Part shown: piece after piece, positions 12,364 through 25,528 of the stretch
Numbering within the stretch: position 1 is the stretch's first letter
Layout: each line of letters opens with the position of its first letter
Translations under genes and position numbers: made by a program
Assembly: GCA_963702675.1 (NCBI GenBank)
Contig: CAVPDN010000011.1
Location: 8,430-72,429 of the forward strand
Length of the DNA: 64,000 nt
Source of the DNA: an uncultured Gemmatimonadaceae bacterium
GTDB lineage: Bacteria; Gemmatimonadota; Gemmatimonadetes; Gemmatimonadales; Gemmatimonadaceae
Direction: 5' to 3'
Notes under the pieces: model-generated
Told to the model about the DNA's origin: nothing
What the model saw: only the letters and a program-made list of their open reading frames with translations
The model's database searches: none

Positions 12364-14135
12364 GTTTCCATCCCAACGAAGTCGCGCGCCGCGGCCGGGT
12401 TGTCTCGAGCGGGCTCGCCGTGTTGTTCGTGCTCTTGTTGGGCGCGTTCTTCCGCACGCAAATCGTCGAGAATTCGCGATATTCGCTCCAATCGGAAGAG
12501 AATCGACTCCGCGAGGTGCCGCTCCCGGCGCCGCGCGGCATCATCTACGACCGGCACAACGAAGTGCTCGCCGAGAACGTGCCGGGGTATTCGGTCTCGC
12601 TGTTGAGTCCGAGCGCCGACTCGCTGCGCGCGTCGCTGCAACGGCTGGCCGCGATCGTTCCGCTGAGCGCTGACGAGATCGACCTGTCCGTCAAGCGGTA
12701 CCAGCGCGCGCCGTACCGGCCGACGGTCGTGCTGTCCGATGCGTCGTTCAATGTGGTCTCGGTGCTCGAGGAACGGCGCATCGAGTTCCCGGGACTCATC
12801 ATCCAGTCCGCGCCCAAGCGCTACTATCCCGACGGGGCGTCTGTCGCGTCGTTCATGGGGTACGTGGGCGAAATCACCGAGTCCGAGCTCGGGTCGCCCG
12901 ACTATCGCGGATACAAGAGCGGCCAACAGGTCGGGAAGGGCGGACTCGAAAAGGAATACGAAGATTCGTTGCGCGGCCGCGAAGGTGTGCGCTTCGTGGA
13001 GGTGGACGCGCGCGGACGTGTGGTGCGCGAAGCCGGCGCACGACAGGATCTGTTGCCGCAGTCGGGGCCGCCGCTCTACACCAACATCGACCTCGAGCTG
13101 CAGAAGTACACGGCGTCGCTGTTCGCCGACTCGCTGCAAGGCGGCGCGATTGCGCTCGATCCCAGAACCGGCGGCGTGCTCGCGCTCTACAGCGCGCCGT
13201 CATTCGATCCGAACCGATTCATCGGCGGTATTCCGCAGGATCTGTGGAAGTCGCTCAACGACGATCCGCGACGCCCGCTGTACAACAAGGTGATTCAGGG
13301 ACGCTATCCGCCCGGTTCCACGTGGAAGCTCGCGACAGCCGCCATCGCGTTGGAGAGCGGGATAGCCACGCTGGACGACAAGATGCCGGAGCCGTGCACC
13401 GGCGGCTTCCAGTTCGGCAACCGGTACTTCAAGTGCTGGAACCACAAAGGCCACGGCGACCTGACGCTCGCGCAGGCGATCGAGCAGTCGTGCGACGTCT
13501 ACTTCTATCAGTTAGGCCTGAAGGTTGGCCTAACGCGGCTCGTGGCCGGCGGCATTCGCTTCGGCGGCCGCGACCGCTCGGGCATCGACCTCCCCGACGA
13601 ATCCCGTCCGCTGTTCCCGTACGCCGACGCCGAAGAGTACTACGACCGGAAGTACGGGAAGCGCGGGTGGAGCCAGGCCGTGCTGCTCAATCTGGCGATC
13701 GGCCAGGGCGAGAACGCGCAGACGGTGGCCAACATGGCGCGGTTCTACACGGCGCTGGCCACCGACGGCACCGAGTCGCGACCGGAGATCGCGCGCCACA
13801 AGCCCGATCGCACGCGCGTGTTCACGCTCAGTGAAGACCAGTTCGCCGGGTTGCGCGCGGCACTGGCCGGCGTCGTATCGTCGGGCACGGCGCGCAGCGC
13901 CCAGATTCAGGGAACCGTGTTGGCGGGGAAAACGGGGAGCGCGCAGAACTCGCAGGACCGTACGCGCGACCACGCGTGGTTCGTCGGTTTCGCGCCGGCG
14001 GACGACCCCAAGATCGTGGTGGCCGTGCTGATCGAGTTCGGCGGACACGGTGCACGCGCGGCGCGCATCGCCTCGGAGATCATCCAGTCGTACCTCAAGG
14101 TCGCCCCGGCGCAACACATCAACACCGAGGGATAA
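12360..14135 (+). CDS. mrdA: penicillin-binding protein 2 (elongasome transpeptidase)
   Basis: APRGIIYDRH, SxxK (PGSTWKLATA), SCDVYFYQLG and KTGSAQN motifs. GTG start overlaps the mreD stop. Confidence 0.9.
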   Translation: MSFHPNEVARRGRVVSSGLAVLFVLLLGAFFRTQIVENSRYSLQSEENRLREVPLPAPRGIIYDRHNEVLAENVPGYSVSLLSPSADSLRASLQRLAAIVPLSADEIDLSVKRYQRAPYRPTVVLSDASFNVVSVLEERRIEFPGLIIQSAPKRYYPDGASVASFMGYVGEITESELGSPDYRGYKSGQQVGKGGLEKEYEDSLRGREGVRFVEVDARGRVVREAGARQDLLPQSGPPLYTNIDLELQKYTASLFADSLQGGAIALDPRTGGVLALYSAPSFDPNRFIGGIPQDLWKSLNDDPRRPLYNKVIQGRYPPGSTWKLATAAIALESGIATLDDKMPEPCTGGFQFGNRYFKCWNHKGHGDLTLAQAIEQSCDVYFYQLGLKVGLTRLVAGGIRFGGRDRSGIDLPDESRPLFPYADAEEYYDRKYGKRGWSQAVLLNLAIGQGENAQTVANMARFYTALATDGTESRPEIARHKPDRTRVFTLSEDQFAGLRAALAGVVSSGTARSAQIQGTVLAGKTGSAQNSQDRTRDHAWFVGFAPADDPKIVVAVLIEFGGHGARAARIASEIIQSYLKVAPAQHINTEG

Positions 14136-15394
14136 TGCCGTCGCGTCGCGTGGTCGTGGATGTGCCGCTCGTCCTAACGGCGTTGCTCTTGTCGGCGTAC
14201 GGCATCTCCATGGTGTATTCGGCCGGCCAGACGGACGTGCCCACGTCGGCGACCCACGCGTGGGCGTCGCAGCTCCGCTGGCTCATCCTCGGCTTGGTGG
14301 CGGCGTACGCCATCAGCCGGGCGTCGGTGCGGTTTTTCGAGTGGGCCGCGCTGCCTGCGTATTTGCTCTCGCTCTTGCTCCTGGCGCTCCTTCTGGTGCC
14401 GGGGCTCGGAACCGGCGCCGGCACCGCCGCGAGCCACAAGAGCTGGATCGGCATCGGCGGCGTTCGGTTAGGCCAGCCATCCGAGCTGGCGAAGGTGGCC
14501 GTGGTGCTCATGCTGGCCCGCGTTCTCGCCGCTCGGCGCGAGCCGCCCAAATCGCTGCTCGATTTGTGGCAGCCCGCGCTCGTGGCGTTCCTGCCGTGGG
14601 CGCTGATCATGATGCAGCCGGACCTGGGCACGGGGCTGGTGTTCATCGGCATCTTCTTCGCGATGCTGTACTGGTCGGGCGTGCCGTTGCCGCTGCTCGT
14701 GCTGGTCGCGTCGCCCGCGGTGAGCCTCATCCTCGCGTTCAACACCAGCCTGTGGGGCGCGTGGTTCCTGCTGCTCCTCGCGCTGGTGCTGTGGTACAAG
14801 CCCTTCATGCTCGAGGGCGTCGGCCTCATGACGGCCAACGTCGTGATGGGCGTGGTCGCGCCCATCCTCTGGGAGCGGATGGCGCCCTACCAGCGACACC
14901 GCCTGCTGGTGTTCCTCGACCCGTCGATCGATCCGCGCCGCTCCGGCTAGCACGTGATCCAGTCGCAGGTGGCGATCGGCTCCGGCGGCTGGTTAGGCAA
15001 GGGATTCCTGATGGGCACCCAGAAGCGCCTCGCGTTTCTGCCCGAGCAGCACACCGACTTCATCTTCGCCGTGTTAGGCGAAGAGCTGGGCTTCATCGGC
15101 GTGACGGTCGCGCTGATGCTGTTCCTGTTCCTGTTCCTTCGCTCCGTGCGCATCGCCGAACGCGCCAACGATTCGTTCAGCAGCCTGGTGGCGTTGGGCC
15201 TGTTGTCGAGCTGGTTCGTTCACGTCATCGTGAACGTCGGCATGACGCTGAACCTGATGCCGATCACGGGTATCCCGCTGCCGTTCTTTTCGTATGGCGG
15301 TTCGTTCATGCTGGCGTGCTGGCTGGCGATCGGGCTGTTGTCGCGCGTTTCGAGTGAAGGGCGGGGGGCGAGGGTCGGAGAGCTGGCGATATAG
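14135..15394 (+). pseudogene. rodA: rod shape-determining protein RodA (SEDS family) with an in-frame TAG at 14948-14950
   Basis: ORFs 13976-14950 and 14954-15394 are in the same frame. DPRRSG*HVIQSQVAIGSGGWLGKGF aligns to the conserved GAGYHIIQSKIAIGSGG block (Tyr expected at the stop). LPEQHTDFIFAVLGEELG is present. Confidence 0.88.
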
Positions 15395-15396
15395 CA

Positions 15397-15509
15397 GGGA
15401 AGCGCGCGACTTGCGCGCGCTGAGGGAAGCGGCTGGCGCCTGGGGGAAAGGGGAAGCGGCGGCTTTCCGGTTCCCCGTTCCCCAAGCGAGCGCTCAGCGA
15501 GAGCTTCCC
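15397..15509. repeat. REP-like element, composite copy A (two inverted units)
   Basis: Starts 2 nt after the rodA TAG. Contains GGGAAGCGCGCG-ACTTG-CGCGCGCT, then TGGGGGAAAGGGGAAGCGGCGGC, then an inverted unit TTCCCCGTTCCCCAAGCGAGCGCTCAGCGAGAGCTTCCC. Related to 23819, 29485 and 30075. Confidence 0.8.
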
Positions 15510-15552
15510 GGCTTCCAGAACTGTTGCCCGTCGCTCCGCGCACATTACCTCC

Positions 15553-16414
15553 ATGGCATGGTTCAGAAAGGAAAAGAAACCCCGCCATCCGCGCGGCGAA
15601 AAGCTCGAAATCCCGGCGGACGCGTGGGAAAAGTGCGAGGCATGCGGCCACACCGACTTCCGCGAGAAGTTCATCCGGAATCTCAACGTGTGCCCGAGTT
15701 GCGGCTATCACCGGCGCATCCGCGCGAGCGACTACGTCAACATCCTGCTCGACGACGGGTCCGTCGAGGAACTGGAGGTCGAACTCCGGTCGGTCGATCC
15801 GCTTGGGTTTCCCGATTATCCCTCGCGCCTCAAGAAGGCAATCGCCAAGGCCGGCGACAGGACGCGATCGTCACCGCTGGCGGGACGCTCGGCGAAATGC
15901 CGATCAATTTCGGCGTCATGGATTTCGCTTTCATGGGCGGGTCCATGGGCTCGGTTGTCGGCGAAAAAATCGCGCGGCTTGGACAGCGGTCGCTGGAGAG
16001 CAAATATCCGCTCGATCATCGTGTCTGCGTCGGGCGGCGCGCGCATGCAGGAAGGCATGCTGTCGCTCATGCAGATGGCCAAGACGTCGGCGGTCTTGTC
16101 GCAGCTCGCCGAGCGGCGGATTCCGTACGTTTCGATTCTCACGAATCCAACGATGGGCGGCGTGAGCGCGAGCTTCGCGATGTTCGGCGACGCGATCATC
16201 GCGGAGCCTGGCGCCGTCATCGGTTTTGCCGGGCCGCGCGTCATCAAGCAGACGCTCGGGCAGGATTTACCGGAGGGATTTCAGACGGCGGAATTTTTCC
16301 TCGACCACGGCATGGTTGACTCGTGGTGCATCGGCGCGAACTGAAGAGACGGTCGGCCAATTGCTGCGGCACATGAGCGGAAAGCCGGCGGCGTCAGGGT
16401 GGACATCGGCCTGA
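15553..16414 (+). pseudogene. accD: acetyl-CoA carboxylase carboxyltransferase beta subunit, at least 4 apparent frameshifts
   Basis: Zn ribbon CEACGHTDF...[23 protein letters not shown] is only in the alternate frame (ORF 15294-16319). [10 protein letters not shown] and [12 protein letters not shown] are present. The C-terminus ETVGQLLRHMSG is in a third frame. Confidence 0.85.
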
Positions 16415-17690
16415 CCCAGCGCGTATCGCGAGGCGCTCGAATACTCTCTTCGCTCGCATCAGCGGCGGGTGGAGACTCGGCCTCGACGCGCACGCGCGCG
16501 CTGCTCGCTGCCCTCGGCGATCCGCACTAGGGCTTGCGCTATTCACGTCGGCGGGACCAACGGCAAAGGCAGCGTCGTGGCCACGCTGGACGCGGTGTTG
16601 CGCGCGCAGGGATTTCGCGTTGGCCGATACACCTCGCCGCATCTCGTCGATTTTCGCGAGCGCATCATGGTCGACGGCGTGCCTATCGGCGAAGAGCGGT
16701 GGTCGAGTTCATCGCGCGGTGGACGCCGACAGTGGAACGCTTGGGCGCGACATTCTTCGAGGCGACGACGTGCATGGCGTTCGAGCATTTCGCGCGAGCG
16801 AATGTCGACGTCGTGGTGGTCGAGGTTGGGCTCGGCGGACGGCTCGACTCGACCAATGTCGTGACGCCCGATGCTGCGCGGTCACGACGATCGGTCTCGA
16901 TCATCAGCAGTACCTGGGCGACACCACGGAGGCGATCGCGTTCGAAAAGGCCGGTATCTTCAAGCGCGGCGTGCCGGCGGTCATCGGCGAACCCGATCCG
17001 CGTGATTCGCGCTCTCCTCGCGGCGCTCGCCGCGCAGCCGGGTCGCACGCCTGTGTTGGTCATCCACGACGAGTGGATGCTGCGCGACATTGAGGTCGGC
17101 GCGGGCGGAACATCGTTCACGCTCGGCGCGCCGGGCGTGAGCGCGGTGCACACGCCGCTCGTGGGCCGGTACCAGGCGTCCAACACCGCGAGTGGCGATC
17201 GCGATGCTCGAGTTGGCCGGCGGCCGGTACGCGCAAGCGGCCGCCGACGGCCGGCGACGCGTTGCGGGGCGTCGCGATCCCGGGGCGCTTTCAATGGTGC
17301 GGCAGCGTGATCTTCGACGTGGCGCACAATCCTGCCGGCACCGCCGTGCTGTGCGACGCGCTGTCGACGCTCAGTCCGCCGCGGCCCGTGGTGTGTCTGC
17401 TCACCGTGCTGCGCGACAAGGACTGGCGCGCGATGATGACGACGCTCGCGTCGCACGTCGATCGATTCGTGCTCACGGCGCCGCCGAGCGTTCCCGCGGA
17501 TCGCGCGTGGGTCCTGTCGGAGGCCGTGGAGTTCGCGCGCGCGCACAACTGGCGCGCGGAGGCAGACACCGATTTCGATCGTGCGCTCGACGCGTCGCGC
17601 TCGGGCGCCGCGACGACGCTCATCACGGGCTCGTTCCACACCGTGGGCGATGCGATGTCGCGCTTGCAGGTGTCTCCGTTCGCCGGATAA
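16398..17690 (+). pseudogene. folC: folylpolyglutamate synthase/dihydrofolate synthase, multiple frameshifts and an in-frame TAG at 16528-16530; start uncertain
   Basis: IHVGGTNGKGSVVATL, RYTSPHLVDFRERI, VVEVGLGGRLDSTNVV, TTIGLDHQQYLGDT, PGRFQ and DVAHNPAG are spread over frames 16469-, 16534-, 16620- and 17262-17690. Confidence 0.75.
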
Positions 17691-17700
17691 ATTGCATGCG

Positions 17701-19014
17701 ATGTCCCAGGGAGCCCTACCCGGATTTCGCGATTTCTATCCCGCCGAGCTCGCGGAACGCGCGCACATCTTCGCCACATGGCGTGACGTGGCGCGGCGGT
17801 TCGGGTTCGTCGAGTACGATGGTCCGCCGCTCGAACCGCTCGAGCTGTACACGAAGAAGAGCGGCGACGAGATCGTCGGCCAGCTGTACAACTTTGTCGA
17901 CAAAGGTGAGCGCGAAGTCGCGCTGCGTCCGGAGATGACGCCGACCTTCGCGCGCATGGTGGCGGCGCGGGCGAACGCGCTCCGGAAGCCGGTGCGGTGG
18001 TTCTCGATTCCGCAGTTGTTTCGCTATGAGCGGCAGCAGCGCGGGCGGTTGCGCGAGCACTTCCAGCTCAACATGGACATCGTGGGCGAGCCGATGTCAC
18101 CGCCGACGCCGAGTTGCTCGCCGCGGCGATCGACATCATGCGGCAGTTGGGCCTGGGTCCCGACGACGTGCGCGCGCGTGTGAGTGACCGCCGCATTCTG
18201 CACGGCTACCTGCAGTCGGGCGGCGTCCCCGACGCGGCGATCCACGGCGTCCTCGCGGTGATCGACAAGATCGATCGGCAGCCGCGCACCGTGTCGGAGG
18301 AGAAGCTCGTGGCGCTCGGTCTCGATGCCAAGGCGGTGCGCGCGGTGCTGGACATCCCCGAGCACGCGGAGCCTGGACGCGATCAGAGCGCTCGATCGAG
18401 ACACGATCCGAGCGCGTGGTGGACGAGTTTGTTCGCTTTGCGCACGTACGTCGAGGCGTTAGGCGGCGGCGAGTACCTGCAGCCGGACCTCTCGATCGTG
18501 CGCGGCCTGGCGTACTACACCGGCATCGTCTTCGAGCTGTTCGATGCCCAGGGCGAGCTCCGCGCGATCTGCGGCGGCGGCCGGTACGACACGCTGCTGG
18601 CGCAGAGCGGCGGCCCCGACCTGCCTGCGTTAGGCTTTGGCATGGGCGACGTCGTGTTGGGCGAGCTGTTGCGCGCGCGGGGGCGGATGCCGGCCGCGGC
18701 CGCCGGCCTCGACGTGTGGGTCGCGTTCGGCGACGCCGCCGACGTGTCGCGCGCAATGCGCGTCGCCGCGCGGCTGCGCGAGCGGGGCGTGAGCGTCGAG
18801 TACGCGTTGGGCGGCCAGCAGCTCTCGCGGCAGCTCAAGGCGGCCGGCGCGGCCGGCGCGCGCGATGCGGTCATCGTCGGCGCGCCGAACGTCGGCGACG
18901 GGCGAGGCGACCGTCCGCCGGTTAGGCGACGGCGAGGAGCGCCGCGTCCGCCTCGATGACTGGATCGACGAACTCGGGTCGCGCGCCGCGGCCCGATCAC
19001 CAACACCCTCCTAA
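17701..19014 (+). pseudogene. hisS: histidine--tRNA ligase, at least 3 apparent frameshifts
   Basis: [43 protein letters not shown] and GFGMGD. Pieces lie in ORFs 17581-18183 and 18114-18959, plus a C-terminus read in a third frame ending TAA 19012-19014. Confidence 0.85.
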
Positions 19015-20462
<1,448 letters not shown>

Positions 20463-20466
<4 letters not shown>

Positions 20467-21731
20467 CCGCGGGTTTCGCTCCGGCCGATGGCGCGCTGGC
20501 CTGCGAAGGCGTGCCGCTCGAGGCGATCGCGCGCGAGGTGGGGACGCCGGTGTTCATCTACAGCGCCGGCGCGATCCGCGACGCGTACGCGCGGCTCGAC
20601 CGCGCGCTCGCCCCGGTGCCGCACCGGCTGCACTACAGCGTCAAGGCCAACGCGAACGTCGCCGTCCTGGCGCTCCTCCATTCGTTAGGCGCGGGCGTCG
20701 ACATCGTATCGGGCGGCGAGCTCTACCGGGCGAAATTGGCCGGCCTAACGGGGCCGGACATCGTGTTCAGCGGCGTCGGCAAGACCGAACGCGAGCTGCG
20801 CGAGGCGCTGGCGGCCGGCATCCTGCTGTTCAACGTCGAATCGGAAGGCGAGCTGCGGCTGCTCGACCGCGTCGCGGGCGACATGCGCGTTACCGCGCCG
20901 GTCGCGCTGCGCGTGAACCCCGAGGTGTCGGTGGACACGCCGCACCACTACACGCGCACGGGCGAACGCGGCGACAAGTTCGGCGTACCGTTCCCGGACG
21001 CCCTGGCCGTTGGGCGGTTGGCATGCACGCTGCCGCACACGCGTCTGTTAGGACTCGACATGCACATTGGCTCGCAGGTGTCGAGCGTCGAGCCGTATCG
21101 CGACGGCATTCTGCGCCTGCTCGAGCTGGTGGACGACCTGCGCGCGGCCGGCGCCCAGGACCTGCGATACCTCGACATCGGCGGCGGACTCGGCGTCACC
21201 TACGACACCGAGAATCCGATGGACCTCGACGAGTACGCGGCCACGGTGCTGCCGCACGCCGCCGCGTCCGGACTCAAATTGATCGTCGAGCCGGGCCGGT
21301 ATCTGGTCGGCAACGCCGGCGTCCTGCTGACGCGCGTGCTGTACCGCAAAGAGGGCGGGGGGCGCGAGTTCGTGATCACCGACGCGGGCATGAACGACCT
21401 GCTGCGTCCGTCGCATTACAACGCGTATCACCGCATCGACGCCGTTAGGCCGCGCGGCGGACGGACGCAGGCCGACATCGTCGGTCCGGTGTGCGAGAGC
21501 GGCGACTTCTTCGCGCTGGCCCGCGAGATCGACGACGTGCGCCCGGGCGATCTCCTGGCCATTCGCTCGGCGGGCGCGTACGGGTTCGCAATGTCATCGA
21601 ACTACAATGCGCGCCCGCGGGCCGCCGAAGTGTTGGTGGACGGCGAGCGCTTTGCGGAGATCACGGCGCGCGAGCAGTATGAGGACCTCGTTCGGCACGA
21701 AACCGCCCACCCTTCGTGGAGGAATGCCTGA
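20463..21731 (+). CDS. lysA: diaminopimelate decarboxylase
   Basis: YSVKANANVAVL (PLP Lys), GGGLGV, ITDAGMNDLLRPSHYNAYH, GPVCESGD. Probable TTG start overlapping the proS stop. Confidence 0.88.
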
Positions 21732-22240
21732 TGCTCGTCGGCGTGCTGGCGGACACCCACGATCGCCTGCCGGCGATCGCCGAATTCACGAAGCGCTTCC
21801 GCGAGGCGGGCGTCGGTCTCGTGCTGCACGCCGGCGACTTCTGTGCGTCGTGGTCGCTGCGTCCGATCATCGCGGCCAACCTGGCGTTGGCCGGCGTGTA
21901 CGGCCGCAACGATGGCGACCGCGAAGGCCTGCGCGCCGAAGCGGCGAAGGGCATGGGGACCGAGATCTACGAAGGCCCGCACAGTGTCGAGGTGAACGGC
22001 ACGCGGATTCTGCTCGTGCACGACATCGGCGACGTGAACGAACGCTCCGTGAGCGGACACGGCGTGGTGATCCACGGATACACGCACAAGTGCCGCCGCG
22101 AAGTGACGGGCGACACGCTGCTCCTGAATCCCGGCGAAGCCTGTGGGTGGCTCTACGGCACGCCGGGCGCGGCGCTGCTCGACCTGGACACGAAAGAGGC
22201 TACGTTCATCACGCTCGAGGGCGACCAGTGGCGATGCTGA
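21731..22240 (+). CDS. YfcE/MJ0936-type metallophosphoesterase
   Basis: LVGVLADTHD, HAGDF and GYTHK motifs. ATG overlaps the lysA stop; an alternative GTG start is at 21716. Confidence 0.75.
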   Translation: MLVGVLADTHDRLPAIAEFTKRFREAGVGLVLHAGDFCASWSLRPIIAANLALAGVYGRNDGDREGLRAEAAKGMGTEIYEGPHSVEVNGTRILLVHDIGDVNERSVSGHGVVIHGYTHKCRREVTGDTLLLNPGEACGWLYGTPGAALLDLDTKEATFITLEGDQWRC

Positions 22241-22256
22241 TCCGTTCCGTTAGGCA

Positions 22257-23821
22257 ATGACCCAGCCCGCCGCCTCCCGCATCCTGATCCTCGACTACGG
22301 CTCGCAGTTCACGCAGCTCATCGCGCGGCGGGTCCGCGAGGCGCGCGTCTACTGCGAGATCCATCCGCCCACGCGCTCCATCGAGTGGATTCGCGATTGG
22401 AATCCCACCGGCATCATCCTGTCCGGCGGCCCGGCTCGGTGTACGGCGACGGCGTCGCCGACCGCCGATCCGGCGCTCCTCGACCTCGCGCCGGTGTTGG
22501 GCATCTGCTACGGGATGCATGCTGATCGCCCAACTGGCGGGCGGCGGCGTGACGCGCGCCGGCCGGCGCGAGTACGGCCGGGCCGAGCTCGAGATCGTGA
22601 AACCGCAGGGCGTGTTCGCCGGGTTCACGCCGGGCGAGACGATCACCGTGTGGGCGAGCCACGGCGATCACGTCGAGACGCCTCCGCCTGACTTCGAGGT
22701 GATCGCGCGGAGCGCCAACGCGCCCATCGCCGGGATCCGCCACACGTCGCGGCCGATCTCCGGCGTGCTGTTTCATCCCGAGGTGCCGCACACGCCGCGG
22801 GGCGGCGAGATCATCTCGAACTTCCTCTTCGAGGTCTGCAAGGCCGAGCCCGACTGGACGCCGGGCGCGTTCATCGAGGACGAGGTGATCGCGGATCCGC
22901 GAGCGTGTCGGCTCCGGCGCGCGCGATCTGCGGGCTGTCGGGCGGCGTGGATTCGTCGGTGGCCGCGGCGCTCGTGCACCGCGCGATCGGCGACCGGCTC
23001 ACCTGCATCTTCGTCGATCACGGCCTGCTGCGGCTCCACGAGCGCGAGCAGGTGGAACGCACCTTCCGCGCGCAACCTGGGGATCGACCTGCGTGACGGT
23101 CGACGCCGCCGACCGGTTCCTAACGGCAGCTGGCCGGCGTCGAGGACCCCGAGGAGAAGCGGCGCCGCATCGGCCACACGTTCATCGATGTGTTCGAGGA
23201 CGCCGCCGCGCCACGTGGGCGAGGGCGTCGGAGTTCCTGGTGCAGGGGACGCTGTACCCCGACGTGATCGAGTCGATCTCGCCGCGCGGCGGCCCGTCGG
23301 TGACGATCAAGACGCATCACAACGTCGGCGGCCTCAAGCCGGGCATGCCGTTCAAGCTGATCGAGCCGCTGCGCGAGCTGTTCAAGGACGAAGTGCGCCA
23401 GGTGGGCCGCGAGCTCGGCCTGCCCGAGGAGATGGTCGGCCGCCATCCGTTCCCGGGCCCGGGCCTCGCGATCCGCATTCTGGGCGACGTCACGCGCGAG
23501 AAGCTCGACGTGCTCCGTAAGGCGGATGCGATTTATCTCGAGGAGATTCGCGCGGCCGGCTTGTACGATGACATCTGGCAGGCGTTCGCGGTGCTGCTCC
23601 CGGTGCGCAGCGTGGGCGTGATGGGCGACGGGCGCACGTACGACAACGTGGTCGCGCTCCGCGCGGTGACGAGCTCCGACGGCATGACCGCGGACTGGTT
23701 CCCGTTTCCGCCCGAGGTGCTGGCCAGCATCTCGAGCCGGATCATCAACGAGGTGGATGGCGTGAACCGCGTGGTGTACGACGTGAGCTCGAAGCCGCCG
23801 GCCACGATCGAATGGGAATAG
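22257..23821 (+). pseudogene. guaA: GMP synthase (glutamine-hydrolysing), at least 3 apparent frameshifts
   Basis: [56 protein letters not shown] and the C-terminal PPATIEWE*. Pieces lie in ORFs 22257-, 22519-, 22905- and 23093-23821. Confidence 0.88.
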
Positions 23822-23866
23822 GGAAGCGCGCGCGAGCGCGCGTGGGGAAAAGGGAACGGGGCGGCG
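23819..23866 (+). repeat. REP-like element, copy B
   Basis: TAGGGAAGCGCGCGCGAGCGCGCGTGGGGAAAAGGGAACGGGGCGGCG, beginning with the guaA TAG stop. Confidence 0.8.
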
Positions 23867-23924
23867 CACAAGGGCCAGGACACAACGCTGATAGTTCCAG
23901 CTGTGGCCTAACCGGAGAGGCGGA

Positions 23925-24515
23925 ATGAGGAAGATCAGGATCATCCAACACATCTCGCTCGACGGCGTGATCCAGGCGCCGGGTGGACGGGGCGAAGGCG
24001 GCGACGATTACCCGCATGGCGGATGGACGGCACCGTATCGCGGCGCGGATGGGGCAGCGGCGGTCGTCGAGGCCCAAGGCAGTCGTTTCGATCTGCTCCT
24101 TGGCCGCCGCACCTACGATGTTTTCGCCGGCCACTGGCCCAAGGCAAGCGGTCCGCTCGCCAACGGTCTCAACGCCGCAACGAAATATGTCGCGACACAC
24201 AGGCCAGACAGCCTGGAATGGGGTCCGGTCGGGAACCTGGGCGCGGACGCTATCGCGGGTGTTCGCAGCGTCAAGTCAAAGGACGGTCCAGACCTGATCG
24301 TCTGGGGAAGCTCGACGCTGACGCGCGTGCTGCTGGAGCAGGGGCTGGTCGACGAAATTGTGCTGCTCGTCTACCCGGTGTTTTTAGGCACGGGGAAACG
24401 CTTCTTTGAGAACAGTGCTGCCCCGCGCGAGCTCGCTCTCGTCAGCACCAAGCTGGTGTCCTCGACCGTGCTCGTGAACACATATCGATACGTCGGAGCG
24501 CTGCGAACCGAATAG
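23925..24515 (+). CDS. dihydrofolate reductase-like (RibD C-terminal domain) family protein
   Basis: MRKIRIIQHISLDGVIQAPGG... LLLGRRTYDVFAGHWP ... DLIVWGSSTL pattern typical of this family. SD GGAGAGG upstream. Confidence 0.75.
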   Translation: MRKIRIIQHISLDGVIQAPGGRGEGGDDYPHGGWTAPYRGADGAAAVVEAQGSRFDLLLGRRTYDVFAGHWPKASGPLANGLNAATKYVATHRPDSLEWGPVGNLGADAIAGVRSVKSKDGPDLIVWGSSTLTRVLLEQGLVDEIVLLVYPVFLGTGKRFFENSAAPRELALVSTKLVSSTVLVNTYRYVGALRTE

Positions 24516-24583
24516 ATCATCGAACTTCTTCGTCCACGACATTGCCGAGGATGCACGGCGAAGATTCCGGAGGACTTCCGAGA

Positions 24584-25528
24584 ATGAAGCGCCGGTATGT
24601 CACTGCGGACGTGTTCACGGACGCCATGTTTGGCGGAAACCCCGTCGCCGTCGTACTTGATGCGGAGGGGCTCTCGACGGCCCAGATGCAGTCTCTCGCG
24701 ATGGAGTTCAACTATTCCGAGACGACGTTCGTGCTGCCGCCGCAAAACGCCGCTCACACTGCCAGAGTCCGGATCTTCACGCCTCGCACGGAAGTTCCGT
24801 TCGCTGGACATCCGAATATTGGGACCGCTTTTCTGTTGGCTCGAGAGCGCCGCTCGCGCGGGGAACCGATCGACAAACAGTTTGTGTTCGAAGAGGCTGC
24901 CGGCGCGGTATGCATCACGCTGCTGATCCAGGATGGCGACATCGTTGGCGCGGAGTTGCGCGCGCCGGAAGCGCTCACCCGGCGATCCGTCGTGACTCGA
25001 GAGTCGGCCGCATACTGTTTGTCACTCGAGCCTGATGACATCGCGATAGCGGTCCATCCACCACAGGTCGTGTCGGTCGGACTCCCGTTCCTCGTCGTCG
25101 AGCTTCGTTCACGCGAAACGCTGCGGTGCGCGAAGCCTAACTTGCAGGCCTACGAAGCCCTATTGCCCCTCGACGGCGCGGACGCGGTGTTCGCCTATGT
25201 CCGTGAGGCAGGCCCCGGCCATCGGACAAATGAGACCGTCATTCATGCGCGAATGTTTTCGCCCCTGGACGGCATCGTGGAGGACCCCGCGACCGGAAGT
25301 GCCGCAGCGGCAATGATCGCGCTGCTCACGACGTTGGACCAGCATCCCGCTACAGATCGTCGTTGGCGGATCCATCAAGGTGTCGATATGGGCCGCCCGA
25401 GCCTGTTGCTCGGCCGCTCGACAACCGACGCCGAGGGCCAGGTCGCGGTGGATATCGGGGGACGCTGCGTCGCGGTGCTCGAGGGTGTCGTCGAGCTTGT
25501 CGATCGCCGATCGGCCGCCCTCGCGTAG
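24584..25528 (+). CDS. PhzF family phenazine-biosynthesis-like isomerase
   Basis: YVTADVFTDAMFGGNPVAVVLDAEGLS..MQSLAMEFNYSETTFV and DPATGSAAAA. An alternative upstream start is at 24542. Confidence 0.8.
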   Translation: MKRRYVTADVFTDAMFGGNPVAVVLDAEGLSTAQMQSLAMEFNYSETTFVLPPQNAAHTARVRIFTPRTEVPFAGHPNIGTAFLLARERRSRGEPIDKQFVFEEAAGAVCITLLIQDGDIVGAELRAPEALTRRSVVTRESAAYCLSLEPDDIAIAVHPPQVVSVGLPFLVVELRSRETLRCAKPNLQAYEALLPLDGADAVFAYVREAGPGHRTNETVIHARMFSPLDGIVEDPATGSAAAAMIALLTTLDQHPATDRRWRIHQGVDMGRPSLLLGRSTTDAEGQVAVDIGGRCVAVLEGVVELVDRRSAALA

